A DNA stretch of 58,201 nt from the NCBI GenBank assembly GCA_902791425.1, contig CADAVS010000001.1, positions 1 to 58,201 of the forward strand, in the 5' to 3' direction. Below the pieces are notes generated by a model. The model was not told the origin of the DNA and made no database searches. It saw only the letters and a program-made list of their open reading frames with translations. Of this stretch, positions 54,940 through 58,201 are shown piece by piece; within the stretch, counting starts at the first letter, position 1; the number at the start of each line of letters is the position of its first letter. The DNA comes from an uncultured Ruminococcus sp. (GTDB lineage Bacteria > Bacillota > Clostridia > Monoglobales > Monoglobaceae). The translations under genes and the position numbers were made by a program.

Positions 54940-56139
54940 ATGACGGAATACAAAGACAGAGTGTGGGCTGAAATCAATCTTGATGCCATATACAACAATA
55001 TCAGGTCGATAAGAGAGTATGTTTCCCCGTCGGCTAAGGTTTTGGGGGTTGTCAAGGCTGACGCATACGGACACGGATTTTCGCACGTTGCAAGGACCCT
55101 TCTTCAAGGCGGTGCCGATATGTTGGCTGTTGCGTGTCTTGATGAGGCAATACAACTCAGAAAATCTGACTTTGATTGTCCCGTATTAATTCTCGGTAAC
55201 AGCTATATAAAAGAGGCTGAGAAAATTGTTAAATATGATGTTATGGCTGCTTGTTTTGAATATGACCTGGCAAAGGCAATATCGGATGCGGCTGTAAAGC
55301 TTAACAAGACTGCAAATATTCATATAAAGATTGATACAGGTATGGGACGTGTGGGCTACAGATACACAGACGATACAGAAGAATGTGAAAAAAGTATAGA
55401 GGAAATAATCAAAATTGCCGCTTTGCCTAATTTGAAAATAAACGGCATATTCACTCATTTTGCTGTTGCGGATGAGAATGATGACGAATATACATATTTG
55501 CAGTTTAAAAGATTTTGTGATATATGTGATAAGTTAAAAGAAAACAATATTGAAATTCCCATAAGACATTGTGCAAACAGTGCGGCACTAATTCGCTTCC
55601 CTGAGATGCATATGGATATGGTAAGACCGGGGATAATACTGTACGGCATAGCTCCGTCGGATTTTGTTGATTGCAGTAAGCTGAACTTAAAACCTGCTAT
55701 GACGCTTAAAGCTCATATAACAAATGTAAAAAAAATAGAAAAGGGTTCAAGTATCAGCTATGGCAGAAAATTTATAGCTGAGGAAACAAGAAAGATTGCA
55801 ACCGTTCCAATAGGGTACGCTGATGGTTATTCGAGGTTGTTGTCTAACAAGGCACAGGTTCTTGTGAGTGGAATTTTGTGTAATGTTGTCGGAAACATTT
55901 GTATGGATCAATGTATGATTGATGTAACAAATGTAAATAATATTGATATCGGCGACGAAGTCATTTTATTCGGCAAAGGCGATAGTGCAGAATTACCGGT
56001 AGAGAGCCTTGCTGATAAAATGGGGACTATCAGTTACGAAATCCTTTGTATGATTAGCAAAAGAGTTCCGAGGATATATATAATCAACGGTTTAAAAGAA
56101 CAGTCACATAATTATCTTCTTGACTCTCCCTTTTGCTGA
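54940..56139 (+). CDS. alr: alanine racemase
   Basis: 399 aa with the PLP-lysine motif VVKADAYGHG and the PIGYADGY motif. Confidence 0.93.
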   Translation: MTEYKDRVWAEINLDAIYNNIRSIREYVSPSAKVLGVVKADAYGHGFSHVARTLLQGGADMLAVACLDEAIQLRKSDFDCPVLILGNSYIKEAEKIVKYDVMAACFEYDLAKAISDAAVKLNKTANIHIKIDTGMGRVGYRYTDDTEECEKSIEEIIKIAALPNLKINGIFTHFAVADENDDEYTYLQFKRFCDICDKLKENNIEIPIRHCANSAALIRFPEMHMDMVRPGIILYGIAPSDFVDCSKLNLKPAMTLKAHITNVKKIEKGSSISYGRKFIAEETRKIATVPIGYADGYSRLLSNKAQVLVSGILCNVVGNICMDQCMIDVTNVNNIDIGDEVILFGKGDSAELPVESLADKMGTISYEILCMISKRVPRIYIINGLKEQSHNYLLDSPFC

Positions 56140-56285
56140 TTAATTTATAAAGTCGGCTCTGCCCGTACATAATCAATGTTCGTTAGCCGCAAGTTTGTCC
56201 TTTGATTATGCACAAATTCACCCATTGGTGCGTATAATGCAGATGAGAGCAAAGGATATATTATAACTTGCGGAGCGTGAATATT

Positions 56286-56630
56286 TTGATAGTAAAAAGA
56301 GGAGATATATATTATGCAGATTTAAGTCCGGTAGTTGGTTCTGAGCAGGGCGGTATACGTCCCGTGCTGATAATTCAGAACGATATCGGAAACAGATACA
56401 GCCCTACTGTAATAGCGACGGCTATAACCTCGCAGATTAACAAAGCCAAGATGCCTACACATATAGAAATTGATGCAGGCGGCTTTGGACTTTCAAAGGA
56501 TTCTGTTGTTTTGGCAGAACAAATCAGGACAATAGACAAAAGGCGGTTGAAGGAAAAAATAGGCCACGTAGATGGTTCGTTAATGGATAAAGTAAATGAG
56601 GCACTTGAAATCTCTTTCGGACTTTCGTAA
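56286..56630 (+). CDS. mazF: MazF/EndoA-type endoribonuclease toxin
   Basis: A TTG start lies 10 nt after [46 protein letters not shown] is nearly identical to my recollection of B. subtilis EndoA (NdoA). Confidence 0.9.
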   Translation: MIVKRGDIYYADLSPVVGSEQGGIRPVLIIQNDIGNRYSPTVIATAITSQINKAKMPTHIEIDAGGFGLSKDSVVLAEQIRTIDKRRLKEKIGHVDGSLMDKVNEALEISFGLS

Positions 56631-56681
56631 GAGGAAAAAATCTTTTGATAAAAGAGTGTGTTTATACACTGATAAGAAAGG

Positions 56682-57167
56682 ATGAAAAAAATGAAAAAAT
56701 GGGATTGTGTTAAGGTAGGATTAATATTGGTGATGTGTCTTACTGCCGTAGGCGGGTTTGCGGTTTTTTCTGAGCCGGGAGGCACTGATGATCCTGTGGT
56801 ATCGAAAAGCTACATTGTGGAAAAGGTTGTACCTGAGTTAAAAGCGTATGTTGATGAAAGGCTGGGAATTGCGGCGGGTGACTCAACTGTTACTGCAAGA
56901 CCCGATAGCTTTGTGGTTGTTAATTTAAGTGCGGGACAGAGCGTTATATGCGAAGCAGGCACCGAGATGATTTTGCGTATGGGTGCAGGTACTGTTATCG
57001 CAACGCAAAAGGGCGGACTTGCCGATACAACGGCAGGCTATGACCTTGCAAACGGAGTCAAGGTTCCATCTAATCATTTGTTGATTGTCCCCGTAGCCGA
57101 TGGCAGAGGTATGATTGCAACACAAGAGGCTATCCTTATGATTAAAGGCGGATATACAATAAAATAA
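56682..57167 (+). CDS. hypothetical secreted or membrane-anchored protein
   Basis: 161 aa with an N-terminal signal/anchor (VGLILVMCLTAVGGFAVF). I did not recognise a family. Confidence 0.5.
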   Translation: MKKMKKWDCVKVGLILVMCLTAVGGFAVFSEPGGTDDPVVSKSYIVEKVVPELKAYVDERLGIAAGDSTVTARPDSFVVVNLSAGQSVICEAGTEMILRMGAGTVIATQKGGLADTTAGYDLANGVKVPSNHLLIVPVADGRGMIATQEAILMIKGGYTIK

Positions 57168-57183
57168 AATTGTTTTTAAATTA

Positions 57184-57225
57184 CAGGGCGGTGTAATGTT
57201 TTACTCCGCTCTGTTATTGTGTTTT
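57184..57225 (+). terminator. probable intrinsic terminator
   Basis: CAGGGCGG / CCGCTCTG stem (one G-U pair) followed by a T-rich stretch. Confidence 0.5.
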
Positions 57226-57251
57226 TGTGTTGCAAAAAAGGAGGTAAAAGT

Positions 57252-58201
57252 ATGACAAGTGAAGAGCTATTAAAAGAGGCGCAAAATTATCAAGACAAAA
57301 TCGTCAAGGACAGAAGATATCTGCATATGCATCCCGGAACGGGTTTTGATATTTCGGAAGCTGTTGAATATGTAAAACAAGAATTGTCGGAGATGGGATG
57401 TGAGCCGCAACAATGCGGCAGAGCAGGAGTTTGTGCAATTATAGGCGGAAAAAAGAACGGCAAGGTTTTTATGCTGAGAGCGGATATGGACGCATTGCCA
57501 ATTAAGGAAGAGTCGGGAGTTGACTTCAGTTCCGAAAACGGAAATATGCACGCCTGCGGTCACGATATGCATACTGCAATGCTGCTCGGTGCCGCACGCC
57601 TGCTAAAAGCACACGAGAACGAAATTGACGGAACGGTAAAGCTGATGTTTCAGCCTGCGGAGGAGATTTTTGAAGGCTCACACGATATGATAGAGGCAGG
57701 AATTTTGGATAACCCCAAGGTAGATGCCGCATTGATGATTCACGTTATGGCAGGGATGCCCTTTGAGCCGGGAACAGTCATTGTTTCTTCACCCGGGGTT
57801 AGTGCACCTGCGGCTGACTATTTTGAAATAAAGGTCAAAGGCAATGGCTGTCACGGCTCTATGCCTAATATGGGTGTTGACCCAATAACAGTGGCGGCAC
57901 ACATATTGATTTCCCTGCAGGAAATTCACGCAAGGGAGCTTGCCCTCTCTGACAAAGCGGTTTTGACAATCGGAACAATAAATGCCGGAACAGCGGCAAA
58001 CGCAATTCCCGATACAGCCGTAATGGGCGGAAGTATACGCACCTTTGACGAGGAGGTTCGCACATATCTGAAGGAACGATTAACGGATATTTCAAAGCTG
58101 ACAGCCAAGACATTTCGTGCAGATGCGGAGGTAACATTTGGGAGCGGATGCCCCACTTTGTTAAATGACACAGAGGTGTCCGCATCGGTTGAAGGATATA
58201 T
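57252..58201 (+). CDS. M20D-family amidohydrolase (N-acyl-amino-acid amidohydrolase-like), 3' end outside the window
   Basis: RBS AAAGGAGG and ATG 57252 are present, and the frame stays open to the window edge, so it is absent from the ORF track. Motifs are LHMHPG, MHACGHDMH and FQPAEE. Confidence 0.85.
   Translation, partial: MTSEELLKEAQNYQDKIVKDRRYLHMHPGTGFDISEAVEYVKQELSEMGCEPQQCGRAGVCAIIGGKKNGKVFMLRADMDALPIKEESGVDFSSENGNMHACGHDMHTAMLLGAARLLKAHENEIDGTVKLMFQPAEEIFEGSHDMIEAGILDNPKVDAALMIHVMAGMPFEPGTVIVSSPGVSAPAADYFEIKVKGNGCHGSMPNMGVDPITVAAHILISLQEIHARELALSDKAVLTIGTINAGTAANAIPDTAVMGGSIRTFDEEVRTYLKERLTDISKLTAKTFRADAEVTFGSGCPTLLNDTEVSASVEGY

Noticed and set aside
57270-58185. Minus-strand ORFs 57270-57572, 57526-57732, 57865-58185 and 57926-58171.
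   Set aside because: They are antisense to an open, RBS-preceded plus-strand frame encoding a clear M20D amidohydrolase. That frame is missing from the track only because it has no stop inside the window.

Overview
This 58.2-kb window looks like chromosome from a low-GC, endospore-forming Firmicute, probably Clostridia, because it carries spoIIID, spoIIIAA-AH, spoIIE and a DD-carboxypeptidase. Most of it is core gene content. This includes leuB (partial)-ilvB-ilvN-ilvC-ilvD, the eight-gene spoIIIA operon, and asp23-like-nusB-xseA-xseB-ispA. It also includes a complete nine-gene aromatic amino-acid supraoperon (aroF-tyrA-aroB-aroA-aroC-pheA-aroK-aroQ-aroE), then cysK and acpS::nnrD-alr-mazF. 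The stretch from about 7.2 to 22.9 kb looks accessory and is dense in redox, Fe-S and thiol genes and uncharacterised families. It holds an XRE-HTH::desulfoferrodoxin fusion in an operon with DUF5131, DUF3795 and TIGR04076, and a PAS-rhodanese-ArsC/Spx-like operon. It also holds an FAD/Rieske oxidoreductase, a Crp/Fnr regulator beside a 2x[4Fe-4S] protein, rubredoxin-thioredoxin, and a VTC (polyphosphate-polymerase-like)-DUF4956-secreted beta-helix cluster with its own two-component system. The main non-coding observations are listed here. (1) A roughly 85-nt hairpin element with an identical 28-nt core occurs three times: upstream of the PAS operon, upstream of an aldo/keto reductase, and inside the aro operon. 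(2) A Phe/Tyr-rich 36-codon leader ORF plus a terminator sits in front of the aro operon. (3) A roughly 134-bp tandem repeat carries three extended -10 promoters upstream of the asp23-like gene. (4) A roughly 210-nt structured leader upstream of DUF1846 buries the Shine-Dalgarno sequence in a long helix. (5) A mazF/endoA toxin gene has no room for a mazE antitoxin. No rRNA, tRNA, CRISPR array, transposase or integrase was recognised. All calls come from reading the sequence and the ORF translations, with no database searches.
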